A stretch of DNA of 63,137 nt, the filler included, from an uncultured bacterium (GTDB lineage: Bacteria > DAOPZR01): NCBI GenBank assembly GCA_964637655.1. It is 23 parts of 23 records of this genome, joined end to end, with 100 filler letters (N's around TTAATTAATTAA, not from the genome) between each part and the next. Parts side by side here need not be neighbours in the genome. Positions count along the whole stretch, not along the records: positions 60,621 to 63,137 come from CAZWUZ010000407.1; 22 more parts are not named here. One strand, written 5' to 3'. Position numbers and translations under genes: made by a program. Below the pieces are notes generated by a model. It saw only the letters and a program-made list of their open reading frames with translations, ran no database searches and was not told the DNA's origin. Below are positions 63,135-63,137 of this stretch, one piece after another. The stretch's first letter is position 1. Every line of letters starts with the position of its first letter.

Positions 63135-63137
63135 AAG

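Overview
This window is not contiguous genome. It is 23 short contigs of about 2.5-2.8 kb, sorted by decreasing length and joined by 22 artificial 100-nt spacers (N44-TTAATTAATTAA-N44), which is typical of the tail of a draft or metagenome-assembled bacterial genome. Synteny is therefore only meaningful within a contig. The DNA is mostly GC-rich. Housekeeping genes: metH, rsmH-ftsL-murE-murF (no ftsI in between), ndk, secA, aroK, a truncated ispF, glyA, rlmB, ettA. Motility and signalling genes: fliA, FapA/DUF342, tandem PilB/GspE ATPases, and WspF/CheB next to a WspR-like receiver fused to a PP2C phosphatase. There are also many TPR, WD40, coiled-coil, ComEA-like and GT-C membrane proteins. 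The most interesting signals are: (1) an orphan double-glycine-leader, Cys-rich RiPP-like precursor at the end of a tightly packed Zn-finger / hypothetical / PrsW operon; (2) two unlinked paralogous proteins that fuse an EF-Tu/IF2-like beta-barrel to WD40 repeats; (3) a signal peptide + discoidin + CheY fusion with no transmembrane helix; (4) an AT-rich ankyrin gene with an attC-like site beside a lone tmRNA 3' end, probably a genomic island edge; (5) several REP/MITE families and IS ends, one of which truncates a gene. No CRISPR array, rRNA or complete tRNA was seen. All family assignments come from motif recognition by eye, not from database searches.
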